A DNA stretch of 63,124 nt, the filler included, from Candidatus Woesearchaeota archaeon (lineage in GTDB: Archaea > Nanobdellota > Nanobdellia > Woesearchaeales > GCA-2685855): assembly GCA_002685855.1 (NCBI GenBank). It is 7 parts of 7 records of this genome, joined end to end, with 100 filler letters (N's around TTAATTAATTAA, not from the genome) between each part and the next. Parts side by side here need not be neighbours in the genome. Positions count along the whole stretch, not along the records: positions 48,002 to 54,583 come from NYYS01000005.1; positions 54,684 to 61,059 come from NYYS01000006.1; 5 more parts are not named here. One strand, 5' to 3'. Under the pieces are notes generated by a model that was not told the DNA's origin, ran no database searches, and worked only from the letters and a program-made list of their open reading frames with translations. Below, one piece after another: positions 48,651 to 59,277 of this stretch. The stretch's first letter is position 1. Each line of letters begins with the position of its first letter. The position numbers and the translations under genes were made by a program.

Positions 48651-49649
48651 TTAGCTAATCTCCAAATCAAAACACCATCTATACGTCCTCGGACTCTGCT
48701 GACCACATTTCACCACATCAATAATCTTTGCCTTTCTCCCCAAAGATGCAATACAAGAAACAACCTCTTTCTTCCGTTCTTCAACATGATCTTCATGTAA
48801 AAACTGATACAGATGAACAACACACCTCTTCTTACATACAGGAATCGCAACATCTAAAAAAGTCTCTGCCTCCTTTGGCAACGGCATCAGCACACGATCA
48901 AACTCTCCCAAAGAAGGAACGATCTCCCGCACATCCCCCCAGTACAAAGAAACATTCTTCAGTTTGTTTCGTTTTATATTCTCCTCTGCCATGATGTGTG
49001 CATCAGAATTTATCTCCACACCTACAACACCTGCCCCCTTATTCTTTGCCAGCACACAAACATAGGGTGCACACCCAGAAAACATCACGAGAACCCGTTC
49101 ACCCTCCTTTACTAATTCCAAAATCCGCTTCCGTTCTGTACTCAGACGAGAAGAAAAATAGGTCTTTGCAAGATCCAGAAACAATAAAACACCATTCTCC
49201 TTATGCACGGTTGTAGTTCGCTTCTCACCCGCCAACCACTCCAACTCCTGCAAACGAAACACCCCTTCATGCTTCCCCCTTCTCAACACAACCTTCACAG
49301 CCTTATTCGAAGCAACTAATATATCGCCAATCTCGTGCTTTCTTCCATCTAACTCATCAGAGATCTCAATAACAGCAATATCTCCCACCAGATCAAACGC
49401 AGTCTTTACAAACAAAAGCTCTTCTTCAGAAAAGCTCCCGTCTAATGCATCTCGTAACGAACTCACATCCCTCTCCTTCCTAGTAGGATCCCGATCCACA
49501 ATCTCCCATCCTTCCACCTCTTTCTGTAACGGAAAGTAGAGAAACCCCTCCTCCTTCTCGATCAAAAACCCCTGATCAAGCGCATTCAGCGTCCTAATCT
49601 GCTCTTTTGCCTTCTCAGCCTCTCTAAGAGGCACTTTTAAGCATTTCAT
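48651..49649 (-). CDS. trm5: Trm5/Tyw2-family tRNA methyltransferase
   Basis: FDLVGDIA, HKENG, YFSSRLSTER, MFSGCAP and DRVLMPLP. Confidence 0.85.
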   Translation of the reverse strand: MKCLKVPLREAEKAKEQIRTLNALDQGFLIEKEEGFLYFPLQKEVEGWEIVDRDPTRKERDVSSLRDALDGSFSEEELLFVKTAFDLVGDIAVIEISDELDGRKHEIGDILVASNKAVKVVLRRGKHEGVFRLQELEWLAGEKRTTTVHKENGVLLFLDLAKTYFSSRLSTERKRILELVKEGERVLVMFSGCAPYVCVLAKNKGAGVVGVEINSDAHIMAEENIKRNKLKNVSLYWGDVREIVPSLGEFDRVLMPLPKEAETFLDVAIPVCKKRCVVHLYQFLHEDHVEERKKEVVSCIASLGRKAKIIDVVKCGQQSPRTYRWCFDLEIS

Positions 49650-49730
49650 ACAGATGAGAACCTCTTTCTATTTAAATGAATTCTCCTCCTCCTAAACAAC
49701 GTTTAAATACGTCAACAACCCCTCTTTTTC

Positions 49731-50453
49731 ATGACGGCTCCAGGAACCAACAATAGGCCTCCTGCTCGTAGCAGACGTGCACACGCAAGAAGATTCCATG
49801 CTGTTGCACTCGAGGAGCTTAAAGCCTATGCAGACTATAGGGGGTTGAGAATCTGGAATCTCTATCGTGAACATGAGCAAACACTCCCAAGAGCTAATAA
49901 AGATTTATCATCCCAACTAAAGACCGTATCTGTTTCAATCGCATTTGCAACAAAAATCCATCTTTGGTCACGTCCTCATCTTCTTTCAGATCTTCTCATG
50001 AGTTATGATTCGAGTGATAACAAAGGAGAACTTCAGATAAACTACCGTGATCGAGCAACACAACCGCTCATTAAAGCCCCTTTTGATGAATACCTCTCAT
50101 CAAGGTTTGCCTCACAATTTTCAATTACCGAACGTGTCAGCTACCCTCTGGATGTAAAACACTGGAATCCAAATAGAGACGGATCTCTAACAGAAGAGGC
50201 ATTCCGAAGAAAGATCCGACTTTCAGGACATGATCCTCAAGACACCCTAAAAAATCTCGAAGAAAACGGCTTCCTCCCTAAAACAGAGGTCCCAACAGTC
50301 TATGCTCTTCTTGAAGGCAGAGTACGGCTACTATTAGACGACTCAAATACGATCCTTGAACCAGGAGATTGCGTTCAAATACCTGCAAACACTATCCATC
50401 ACCTCCAAAGAATAGGATCTAAACCGGTTCGCTATTACTGTGCAAGACTCTAA
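49731..50453 (+). CDS. Protein with a C-terminal cupin domain
   Basis: LLEGRV...LEPGDCVQIPANTIH. Confidence 0.7.
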   Translation: MTAPGTNNRPPARSRRAHARRFHAVALEELKAYADYRGLRIWNLYREHEQTLPRANKDLSSQLKTVSVSIAFATKIHLWSRPHLLSDLLMSYDSSDNKGELQINYRDRATQPLIKAPFDEYLSSRFASQFSITERVSYPLDVKHWNPNRDGSLTEEAFRRKIRLSGHDPQDTLKNLEENGFLPKTEVPTVYALLEGRVRLLLDDSNTILEPGDCVQIPANTIHHLQRIGSKPVRYYCARL

Positions 50454-50509
50454 TATCCGCAGCTTTAAACTGAAATATTTTTAAATGCAGGCCCTTATAA
50501 ACGTCCTAT

Positions 50510-51676
50510 ATGGCAGCACTCCTCTTTATTACGCTTGCATTAACCGTTTCCTTCCTCGTTGGAGAGCTGTTTCATAAACTAAGATATCCTCGCCTTATCG
50601 GCCAGATCATCACAGGGATCATCTTCAGTTTCCCTTTTTTTTCAGGTATTATCTCGTTCGAAGCCATAGAAACCATAAACTTTCTTTCAGATCTTGGTTT
50701 GATCTTTCTTCTCCTCCTTGTTGGCATGAAAATTCATCTTCACCAACTCTTCAAAACTCGAAAAGACTCCTTCCTGATCTCCATCGGCGCAGTGGCCTTT
50801 CCTTTCCTTCTTGGCGTCATCTTTATCAGAGCATTAAACTTTGATTGGGTAACAGCACTCATCGTTGCAGCATCCCTCTCAGTGACCGCAGAAGGAACAA
50901 CACTCAACATCCTTGTAGAAAACAAGCTCCTAAACTCAAAAGTCGGCACAATTCTTCTCGGAGCAGGAATCCTCGACGACATCTTCGAATTTCTCTTCCT
51001 CGCCATCGAACTCTTCTTTATCAACGAAGCAGTAAACCTGATCTGGATCTATCCCCTTGAACTCATCGCCTTTGTTGGAGTACTCGTCCTCACCTACAAA
51101 TTCCTTCCCATGATCATGCGAGCTATCCACAAAGAACACTCTCGAATTTCTACATTCTCAGTCATCCTCATCATCACTCTCATTATCGCATCCTTCTCCT
51201 CTCTCCTCAAGATAGGCCCCATCCTGGGAGCATTCATCGCAGGCGTCTTCTTTCAGCTCAGGGAAACAGACAAAAAAGAGGAACGCCAGATCATATCTGA
51301 ACTCGAAGTCATGACCTTCAGCCTTATTATTCCTTTCTTCTTCATCAATATAGGCCTTCACTTCGACATCTGGAGTGTCTTTTCAAACATCTGGCTCGTT
51401 CTCATGGTGCTGTTCATAGCTATGGCAGGAAAGATCGGAGGAACCATGCTGATGACGCCCTGGACAGACCTCAGCATCAAACAAACCTTTATCATAGGCT
51501 GGGGAATGAACAGCAGAGGAGCGATCGAGCTCGTCGTTGCCGAGCTCGCCCGGGAAGCACAACTCATCACAACACCCATCTATACAGCCATCGTCACAAT
51601 GGCAATAATAACCACACTAATATTCCCCATCGTTCTCAAATGGCAGATCAGAAGAGACAAAAGTGTTATGTATTGA
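50510..51676 (+). CDS. Cation:proton antiporter (CPA2/NapA-like)
   Basis: GAGILDD, ILGAFIAG, PFFFI.IG and MNSRG. Confidence 0.9.
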   Translation: MAALLFITLALTVSFLVGELFHKLRYPRLIGQIITGIIFSFPFFSGIISFEAIETINFLSDLGLIFLLLLVGMKIHLHQLFKTRKDSFLISIGAVAFPFLLGVIFIRALNFDWVTALIVAASLSVTAEGTTLNILVENKLLNSKVGTILLGAGILDDIFEFLFLAIELFFINEAVNLIWIYPLELIAFVGVLVLTYKFLPMIMRAIHKEHSRISTFSVILIITLIIASFSSLLKIGPILGAFIAGVFFQLRETDKKEERQIISELEVMTFSLIIPFFFINIGLHFDIWSVFSNIWLVLMVLFIAMAGKIGGTMLMTPWTDLSIKQTFIIGWGMNSRGAIELVVAELAREAQLITTPIYTAIVTMAIITTLIFPIVLKWQIRRDKSVMY

Positions 51677-51731
51677 CATCATAAGAATTGTACAATAATT
51701 CTAAAACAGAATACCAGAAAAAATAATCAGC

Positions 51732-52604
51732 CTATAAAACAATAAGCACTGTTCCAAAGATCATCAACACACACGCAACAGATTTCAGTGCAACACGTTC
51801 TTCATGAAACATCTTTCCACCAACAACAGTGGTGGCCAAGGTAGACAACCGTTTAATAGGCACAACCAGCGTTACAAACGCCATACTCAGCGCCTTAAAA
51901 TAAAACAGTGCTGCAATAAAATGAAAAAATGCACAAAAGAAATGCCTCCAGCTTCGATGTTGGAGGTCATGCTTTATCTCTCTAAGATCAAACTTCACAT
52001 AATCCAATACAATAAAGTTCAAACTTAAAAACAACCACAACAGGAAAAAATAGGTAAACACCTCGATCTGTGTTGTAATTAATAATCGTTCAATCGTTGC
52101 AGTAAAACTAAACGCAAGCGTCACCAACAACACATAGATCATGTGTCGAGATTTAAACAACCTCTTAAACGGCTCAAGCAACCCTGTGCTGTGACTGCTC
52201 ACCTCTAGAAAATAGGCGCCGCCCACAATAAAAAACAAACCCGCAAGCTGCAAAGGAGACAAGACCTCTCCCAACACAAGATAAGCAATGACAAGAAGAA
52301 AAAGCGAACTCAAATTCATCAAAGGAGACACAGTAGAGAGTTCAAGATGCCGCACCGCCTTAAACCGATACAGCAAACCGATTGTCACAACCCAACTCAA
52401 CACAAATATAAGCAAAACACTCTTCCAACCAATATCGATCTGAATAAACGGAATAAGCAACATCACAAGTATCAAAGAAAAAACAGACCGTGTTGCAGCA
52501 AACTCCATCGCATGCTCCTTGATCAGCATCTTTTTCTCCATCACAGAGGTGATCGTAAGCGCTCCTGCAGAAAGCAATGCCCAAAGATACCAAGGAAAGG
52601 CCAT
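51732..52604 (-). CDS. EamA/DMT-family transporter
   Basis: About 10 TMs; S.VSPL and LGE.L. Confidence 0.85.
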   Translation of the reverse strand: MAFPWYLWALLSAGALTITSVMEKKMLIKEHAMEFAATRSVFSLILVMLLIPFIQIDIGWKSVLLIFVLSWVVTIGLLYRFKAVRHLELSTVSPLMNLSSLFLLVIAYLVLGEVLSPLQLAGLFFIVGGAYFLEVSSHSTGLLEPFKRLFKSRHMIYVLLVTLAFSFTATIERLLITTQIEVFTYFFLLWLFLSLNFIVLDYVKFDLREIKHDLQHRSWRHFFCAFFHFIAALFYFKALSMAFVTLVVPIKRLSTLATTVVGGKMFHEERVALKSVACVLMIFGTVLIVL

Positions 52605-52695
52605 ATTCTATAACCTCGGGCTTTTTTTAAATAGTTTATGGTTATTGACGCTATACACAAAAGTTTTAATCCCCCTAAACACCTATTATTTCAAA

Positions 52696-53724
52696 TCAGA
52701 AAAACTCTCCCAACCCCTTCTGCTCCTTATCTTCCTTTTCAAACCGCTTCAACGAGCTTTCTACACGAGCCTGAGAGAAATCATGCTTCTCAACCAATAA
52801 CTCAACAACCTGTTCAACATCGATCTGTTTCCATTCCAACCTATATGAATCAATAACAGGCATCTTCTTAATAACCGTATAGATCTCCTCCCAGCCAACA
52901 TCCCACAGCTCCTTCCATTTAACCTCGGAAAAGATAGCTTCAAAATCGTTTGGATACTTTCGAACAAGTTGAAGTGCCTTCTTTGGCCCAATACCTTTCA
53001 CACCTCCATAATTATAATCCGTCCCCACAAGAATAGAGATAATGATCAGCTGATCCTGACTCAGTTGAAGCCGGTTCAACACCTCCGAAAGCAGGATCAA
53101 TTCCGGCTGAACAGTAGTATAGGTAAGTGTGCCTGCCTTCTTCCTTCGTTGACTCACACTAAGATTCCTCACTACGCGAGTGGCTCCAAACACCAAACTA
53201 TCTGCATCCTGGCTCACAACAGCATAACAATCTCCCTGAGCAACCATGTGTGCAGCTTGTGCCTCTCCTTCAGAAGGAGCCTGTACAACAGGCAACCCTA
53301 ACGCAATAAGAAGCTCCTTTGCCTCCTCCACCATCTCAGGTGTCAGACGCGAAGTACGAGACGCATACTTCTTCATCTCCTCAACATCCTCCTCCTCTAC
53401 AGCCTGTTCATACTGCTTCAGAGCCTCAATCTTCAACTCCTTTCTCCGCAACCGTTCCTTTGCCTTCAACGCAGGAGGCTTCCCATCAAAAACAAACACT
53501 GGCTTCACACCCTCCTGAAGAAACTTAATCGTTCTATTAAAAAGGCCAATAAGATGGCTTGTAATTCTGCCCTTGCTATCCTTCAGAGGAGTCCCATCTC
53601 TCTGCCGTATCGTCGTCAGAAACTGATAGAGCATATTAAAACTGTCAACTGCCACGATCTTACCCTGAAGATCCTTAATACTGATCAACTGAGGTTCAAG
53701 AAGCTCGGTAATAGCTGTTCCCAT
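52696..53724 (-). CDS. fen1: Flap endonuclease 1
   Basis: YQFLTTIRQ.DG, APSEGEAQ, GTDYN, and C-terminal PIP box QKGLGEFF. Confidence 0.96.
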   Translation of the reverse strand: MGTAITELLEPQLISIKDLQGKIVAVDSFNMLYQFLTTIRQRDGTPLKDSKGRITSHLIGLFNRTIKFLQEGVKPVFVFDGKPPALKAKERLRRKELKIEALKQYEQAVEEEDVEEMKKYASRTSRLTPEMVEEAKELLIALGLPVVQAPSEGEAQAAHMVAQGDCYAVVSQDADSLVFGATRVVRNLSVSQRRKKAGTLTYTTVQPELILLSEVLNRLQLSQDQLIIISILVGTDYNYGGVKGIGPKKALQLVRKYPNDFEAIFSEVKWKELWDVGWEEIYTVIKKMPVIDSYRLEWKQIDVEQVVELLVEKHDFSQARVESSLKRFEKEDKEQKGLGEFF

Positions 53725-53815
53725 GCCTAAAGGCAGGAATAGACAATTCAAATACTTTTCGAAAACAAATGATGTTTGTACAAACCTTTAAGAACCCCCT
53801 TCTCTTTTGCACAGA

Positions 53816-54583
53816 ATGGAATATAAAGGATTTCAACTCGATAAATTCCAGGAACGAGCAATTCACGCCATAGAAAATAACCGCTCAGTCATCGTCTCAG
53901 CCCCAACAGGATGCGGAAAAACCCTCATTGCAGACTATATTATCAACAGGGACATAGAAAACAACATCAAAGTTATCTATACTGCACCCATAAAGGCTCT
54001 TTCCAACCAGAAATACAAAGAGTTCTCAGAAGAATACGGCGAACACAACGTTGGCCTCCTCACCGGAGACATTGTAAAAAATGCCGGAGCCCCTGTCCTC
54101 ATCATGACAACAGAGATCTATAGAAATATGGTCCTAATCAACGATCCTCTTATCAACGAAATATCCTACGTTGTTTTTGACGAAATCCACTACATCAACG
54201 ATCCCGAACGCGGCTATGTCTGGGAAGAATCAATCATCTTCTCCAAACCCCATGTCCGTCTTCTCTGCCTCTCCGCAACAATTCCCAACGCAAAACAGTT
54301 CGCAAACTGGATTCGAGCCATTGCAAAACACGAAGTAGAGGTCATCACCCATTCAACACGACTCGTACCTCTCCACACATCCTTCTTTGATGCAGACCTC
54401 GGCATTACAACGCTTGAACAGATCAGAGATCTTAAGAACGTGCCCGACTACTTTGAAATTCGATCGGGTAAAAGAAGAAGAAAAGCACCTCCTGCTCCAT
54501 CTCACGTCAAACTCATCGAACAGATCCTTGACAAACTTCCCTGCCTCTTTTTTAACTTCTCAAGAGCAAGCTGTCAGCTAAAA
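53816..54583 (+). CDS. Ski2/HelY-like DExH RNA helicase, N-terminal part
   Basis: APTGCGKT, PIKALSNQK, MTTEI, DEIH and LSAT. Confidence 0.9.
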
Positions 54584-54683
54584 NNNNNNNNNNNNNNNNN
54601 NNNNNNNNNNNNNNNNNNNNNNNNNNNTTAATTAATTAANNNNNNNNNNNNNNNNNNNNNNNNNNNNNNNNNNNNNNNNNNNN
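54584..54683. other. Artificial contig linker
   Basis: N-run, TTAATTAATTAA, N-run. Confidence 0.97.
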
Positions 54684-54684
54684 A

Positions 54685-55247
54685 ACAACCCTTGCACACC
54701 AACTAGCAAAAAAACTCACCTCCACAGCAATCATCTCAACAGACGACTATGTCATCCAAGACAGAGAATACAGAAGAAAATACCTCGAAGGAAAAAACCC
54801 TCTAAAAAAATACGACCCTGCCTACCTCAACCAAAAAATCCAACAAATATGCACACTCAAATCCGGCCAAACAGTCAAAGTCTCCACCTACAACGAAGAA
54901 ACAGGATTAGCAATCGCCCAAGGAGAAGAAAACTACACCCCGCCATACCCAAAGTAGACTACCTCATCATCGAAGGCGACTTCGACTTTGTAGTCCATCC
55001 AGACATCAAAATCTACTTCCACGTCCCAGACGATCTACGCCTCCAAAACCGCATCAACAGAGACAAAGAAAAAAGAAATGAACCCAACGTCCAAAACATT
55101 ACAGAAAACTTCAACCTTCGACAAAAACTCCAATACATCCCCTATACACTTCCTGCAGCAAAAAAAGCCCATCTGATCATCATCGTTACTGCAGAACAAA
55201 GAGCAGACAGCCTCAACTACACATACGCCCTCTACAAAAAGAAGTAA
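54685..55247 (+). pseudogene. Uridine kinase-like P-loop protein, 5'-truncated, with a frameshift near 54938
   Basis: TTLA...ISTDDY in one frame and YLIIEG...R..NRINRD..KR in another; the shift falls in a C run. Confidence 0.6.
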
Positions 55248-55330
55248 TCTCCTTCTCTGGACACACTGGACAACCCCGCACGCAGCCTATATAAATCCAT
55301 CTCCCTCATCCCCAGAAGAGGTGAACAACA

Positions 55331-55414
55331 ATGATAAACCTACAACAACCCTACATCCAACAGCTCTGCTTTGAACAGATAAAACAACAAACACAACAGA
55401 GGAAGTCCCAATGA
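55331..55414 (+). CDS. Putative microprotein (27 aa)
   Basis: TATATAAA at 55288 and RBS GAGGTGA; MINLQQPYIQQLCFEQIKQQTQQRKSQ. Confidence 0.45.
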   Translation: MINLQQPYIQQLCFEQIKQQTQQRKSQ

Positions 55415-55518
55415 ACCACGCAACCTATATCCAACGCATCCTACCCATACTTCAAGCCCACAACCTCATTAGAGAGGACGAAATCGAATACTACCAACAA
55501 TACCTTATGGAGGCATAA
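55411..55518 (+). CDS. Putative microprotein (35 aa)
   Basis: ATGA overlap with the preceding ORF; MNHATYIQRILPILQAHNLIREDEIEYYQQYLMEA. Confidence 0.45.
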   Translation: MNHATYIQRILPILQAHNLIREDEIEYYQQYLMEA

Positions 55519-55522
55519 AAAA

Positions 55523-55618
55523 ATGTTCTGGAAAAAAAAACACTACCTTCCCTGGAGAGAATACCGCGCAATGGTAAAAGACATCGACGCTTACATGGCA
55601 GAAACCAAGGCAATATAA
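55523..55618 (+). CDS. Putative microprotein (31 aa)
   Basis: RBS GGAGG at 55509-55513; MFWKKKHYLPWREYRAMVKDIDAYMAETKAI. Confidence 0.45.
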   Translation: MFWKKKHYLPWREYRAMVKDIDAYMAETKAI

Positions 55619-55664
55619 AGCATATACCATAGCTTTAAAAAGCTTTTTTCCTTTCCGTTCTGGT

Positions 55665-56234
55665 ATGCAGGTGCTCAACAAGGATGAAGTCAATCTCAAC
55701 AAAGATCAAATCTTTCACATTCTCCGTACTGGCACCTTTGTCTACCCAACCGACACCATCTACGGAATAGGCTGCGACGCCACAAACCAAGAACTTGTAC
55801 AAAAAGTAAGAGAGATAAAAAACCGCCCCCACCAACCCTTCTCAATCATCGCACCAAACAAAAACTGGATAAAAACCCACTGCGTCCTCACACAAGAAGC
55901 AGAAGAATGGATAGAAAAACTACCCGGACCGTACACACTCATCCTCAAACTCAAAAAAGAAAGCCCCGTAGCACAAAACGTCAACCTCGGAATGGACACC
56001 TTAGGCGTACGCATGCCCAACCACTGGATCCAGAATCTCGTGAACGAATACGGCAAACCCATCATCACAACCAGCGCAAACGCATCAGGAGAAAACTTCA
56101 TGACATCCCTAGACGACCTCACCCCACAAGTAAAAAAAGAAGTTCCCCTCATCATCTACGACGGAGAAATTAAAGGCAGACCCTCCACCCTCGTCCACCT
56201 CTCAGAAGAAAAAGTCACCCTCCAAAAACGATAA
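55665..56234 (+). CDS. Threonylcarbamoyl-AMP synthase (short TsaC/YrdC type)
   Basis: YPTDTIYGIGCDA, K.R, LPGPYT, TTSANASG and PST. Confidence 0.92.
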   Translation: MQVLNKDEVNLNKDQIFHILRTGTFVYPTDTIYGIGCDATNQELVQKVREIKNRPHQPFSIIAPNKNWIKTHCVLTQEAEEWIEKLPGPYTLILKLKKESPVAQNVNLGMDTLGVRMPNHWIQNLVNEYGKPIITTSANASGENFMTSLDDLTPQVKKEVPLIIYDGEIKGRPSTLVHLSEEKVTLQKR

Positions 56235-56265
56235 AACATTTAAAAACACCCCTCTTTCTGAACCC

Positions 56266-56868
56266 ATGAGAATCCTCTCAGTCGGATGCATCCACGGAAA
56301 CAAGAAATTCGTTGAAGACCTCGCACAAAAAGCAGAAGACGAAAACGTAGACCTCGTCATCCTCGCCGGCGACCTCTCAAGCCACGAAGGAAACACAGAA
56401 GGCGTCATCGGACCCTTCCTCAAAAAAAACAAAAAAGTAATCTTCGTCCCCGGCAACCATGACAGCCTCGCAACAGCCGACTTCCTCGCAGAATTCTACG
56501 GAGTAAAAAACATCCACGGCTACTCAGTCCGCTACAAAGACATAGGCATCTTCGGCTGTTCGGCAGTTAACTGCGGCATCAACCAGATCAACGACAAAGA
56601 AACCTATGACCTTCTCAAAAAAGGATTTGAAAGCGTCCGCTACCTCAAGAAAAAGATCATGGTAACCCACGTCCACCCCGCCGGAACAAAGATGGAAAAA
56701 CTCAGTCAATTCGTCGAAGGAAACAAAGCAGTAGAAAAAGCCATAAAACAGTTCAAACCTGACATCATGCTCTGCAGCCACCTCCACGAAGGACGCGGAC
56801 TCGAAGAAAAAATAGGAACAACAAAAGTAGTAAACGTAGCCACCAAACCCCAGATCTTTGATGTCTAA
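56266..56868 (+). CDS. Calcineurin-like metallophosphoesterase
   Basis: GCIHG, AGDL, PGNHD, THVHP and SHLHE. Confidence 0.88.
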   Translation: MRILSVGCIHGNKKFVEDLAQKAEDENVDLVILAGDLSSHEGNTEGVIGPFLKKNKKVIFVPGNHDSLATADFLAEFYGVKNIHGYSVRYKDIGIFGCSAVNCGINQINDKETYDLLKKGFESVRYLKKKIMVTHVHPAGTKMEKLSQFVEGNKAVEKAIKQFKPDIMLCSHLHEGRGLEEKIGTTKVVNVATKPQIFDV

Positions 56869-58289
56869 CCCTTAATAACACCCAACGGCCGCAACCGTGC
56901 AACCTTCTTCCCAATACCTGCCTTGTGACTCACCTCAACAACAGCATCAACATCCTTATACACCCCCGGAGCCTCCTCACAAATACCCTTCCAAGACGCA
57001 GCCTTCACAATAATACCTTTCTTCTCCAACTCCGCCTTCACCTCCTCCCCCTTAAACAACCGCTTCGCAGCAGAACGACTCATCACCCTACCCGCACCAT
57101 GCGCAGTACTTCCATAACTCTGCGCCATACTCGTCTCCGTACCCACCAACAACCACGAAGCAGTCCCCATACTCCCCGGAAGAATAATCGGCTGACCCAC
57201 AGCAGTATAATCAGCAGGCAATCCCTCACTCCCCGGACCAAACGCACGCGTCGCACCCTTCCGATGCACATACACCTTCCGCTTTACCCCCTCAATCTCA
57301 TGCTCCTCCAACTTCGCAATATTATGCGCAACATCATACACTGTACGAAGTTCACTCTCAGGAAAAAAATCCTTAAACACCCCCCGTGTCCAATGCCCAA
57401 TAATATGACGATTTGCAAACGCAAAATTCGCAGCAGCACACATCGCACCAAAATACTCCGTAGCAACACGACTCCCAATCGGAGCATACACCAAATCCTT
57501 ATCCGGCAACCCCGCAACAATATCAGGATACGCCTCTTCAATCTTCCGAATAAAATCACTACACACCTGATGACCCAGCCCCCTGCTCCCACAATGAATC
57601 ATCACAACAACCTGACCCTTGTGTGAAATCCCAAACACCTTCGCCTTCTCCTCATCAACGATCTCATCAACAACCTGAATTTCTAAAAAATGATTCCCCG
57701 CACCCAACGTACCCAACTGATCCTTCCCCCGCTTCTTCGCCCGCGGAGAAACAAGACCCGAAACCGCATTCGGAATTTTCCCCTCACTCTCACAATGCAC
57801 AAAATCATCCTCAACTCCATACCCCTTCTTCACCGCCCACTGCGCACCATCAACCAACACCTCATCCAACGCATCATGCGTCAACTTAATCTGACTCGAA
57901 CACCCAACACCCGTAGGAACAGCAGCAAACAAGGCATCCAACAACGGCCTAATCTTCTCTTTAACCTCCTCCATCTCCAAATTTGTCGTCAATAAACGGA
58001 CGCCACAATTCACATCGAAACCGACTCCACCAGGACTCAACACACCATTCTCCGCATCCATCGCAGCCACCCCTCCAATACTAAACCCGTACCCTTGATG
58101 TGCATCAGGCATCATCACACTCCACCCAAGAATACCTGGCAACGTAGCAACATTAATCCCCTGCTGCAAACACCTATCCTCCTTCAACTTCTCAAAAATA
58201 AGATCATTAGCAAACACCTTTACTGGCACTCGCATATTTCCTTCCTTTTCAACAACAAACATAACATCACTCTTTTTTTCAATCTTCAT
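56865..58289 (-). CDS. rtcB: RNA-splicing ligase RtcB
   Basis: MPDAHQGYG, DVNCG, GNHFLE, HCGSRG, HRKGAT and HGAGR. Confidence 0.97.
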   Translation of the reverse strand: MKIEKKSDVMFVVEKEGNMRVPVKVFANDLIFEKLKEDRCLQQGINVATLPGILGWSVMMPDAHQGYGFSIGGVAAMDAENGVLSPGGVGFDVNCGVRLLTTNLEMEEVKEKIRPLLDALFAAVPTGVGCSSQIKLTHDALDEVLVDGAQWAVKKGYGVEDDFVHCESEGKIPNAVSGLVSPRAKKRGKDQLGTLGAGNHFLEIQVVDEIVDEEKAKVFGISHKGQVVVMIHCGSRGLGHQVCSDFIRKIEEAYPDIVAGLPDKDLVYAPIGSRVATEYFGAMCAAANFAFANRHIIGHWTRGVFKDFFPESELRTVYDVAHNIAKLEEHEIEGVKRKVYVHRKGATRAFGPGSEGLPADYTAVGQPIILPGSMGTASWLLVGTETSMAQSYGSTAHGAGRVMSRSAAKRLFKGEEVKAELEKKGIIVKAASWKGICEEAPGVYKDVDAVVEVSHKAGIGKKVARLRPLGVIKG

Positions 58290-58337
58290 CTTTACACCTC
58301 AAACTTGCATTATAATAATTTCAATACATCACTCAAC

Positions 58338-58754
58338 TTAAACATCAATCACAACCTGCACCATACATCCATCAGCAGACTCCTCAATAACCATCTCATG
58401 ATACGTAACAGACTTCAGATCACCATGCGTTTCATACCTCTTTGCATGATCAAACCACACAACAGCCTGCAACGAAAACCCTTTTTCTCTATCCTTTATC
58501 TCAACAGAATCAACACCCGCCACCAAAAACCCATCTGTATCTTGCAAAACAACAAGTTCTTCCAAAAAATCATACAACAACGCCTCTTTATTCGAAGCAG
58601 AAACAGAAATCTCCCTCTTTGTAACACGCTCAACAGAATCCTCAGTCAACAACGGAGTCAACGCCAACGCAGCATTCCCAAACGCCTCATCAAGAGTCTT
58701 CCCATAGGCCCGAAACTTCACATCAGCAGTATGCTCCAAATACTCAAACTTCAT
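58338..58754 (-). CDS. Archease
   Basis: EHTADV, KSVTYH and C-terminal IDV. Confidence 0.95.
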   Translation of the reverse strand: MKFEYLEHTADVKFRAYGKTLDEAFGNAALALTPLLTEDSVERVTKREISVSASNKEALLYDFLEELVVLQDTDGFLVAGVDSVEIKDREKGFSLQAVVWFDHAKRYETHGDLKSVTYHEMVIEESADGCMVQVVIDV

Positions 58755-58801
58755 CCAGAAAGAGACCCAACCCTATTTAAAAAGCTATTCCACTCAACAC
58801 C

Positions 58802-59017
58802 TTAAAAATCATACACAGGAGTAACTTCAGGCTTCTTCTCACTAGCATCATCATCGGAAGGAGGAGCAGGTTTATCATCATCAAAAAGATTAAACGCCCC
58901 AGAAGGCATCTCAGACGTAGCCGCAGCATCCTGAGTCGCAATAAACCGCTGCAGAAAATCAATCATATCCTGAATATCCTTCTTCGAATCCTTTCCTGTG
59001 TCAATCTTGATCTCCAT
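58802..59017 (-). CDS. Small acidic hypothetical protein
   Basis: MEIKIDT.KDS..DI...I.FL; TTTATATA upstream. Confidence 0.6.
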   Translation of the reverse strand: MEIKIDTGKDSKKDIQDMIDFLQRFIATQDAAATSEMPSGAFNLFDDDKPAPPSDDDASEKKPEVTPVYDF

Positions 59018-59277
59018 CCCCCTATCTGGAACCTCTTGCTATATAAATCTTCCCTATCAAGAAAAAAGCATCTTAAATATTTTCCATATGGTAAAAAAAC
59101 AAAGGAAAGAACAACAATTACTCACTCTCCAGTGGTCAGAAACGAAACATTTATAAATAGAACCACATCAACACTACTATTAGAGCATATCTAGAGACGA
59201 GAAAGCACTTGCTCACACCATGACCATTTCGCTTTTTCTATGGAAGTGCTGTATAGAAAACCAAGAGGTATAGTAGA

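Noticed and set aside
56925..58805. Long antisense ORFs (also 40440-41027, 61336-61983 and 24236-24697)
   Set aside because: They are shadows of real genes. The strong strand bias depletes stop codons, and the translations are low-complexity with no motifs.
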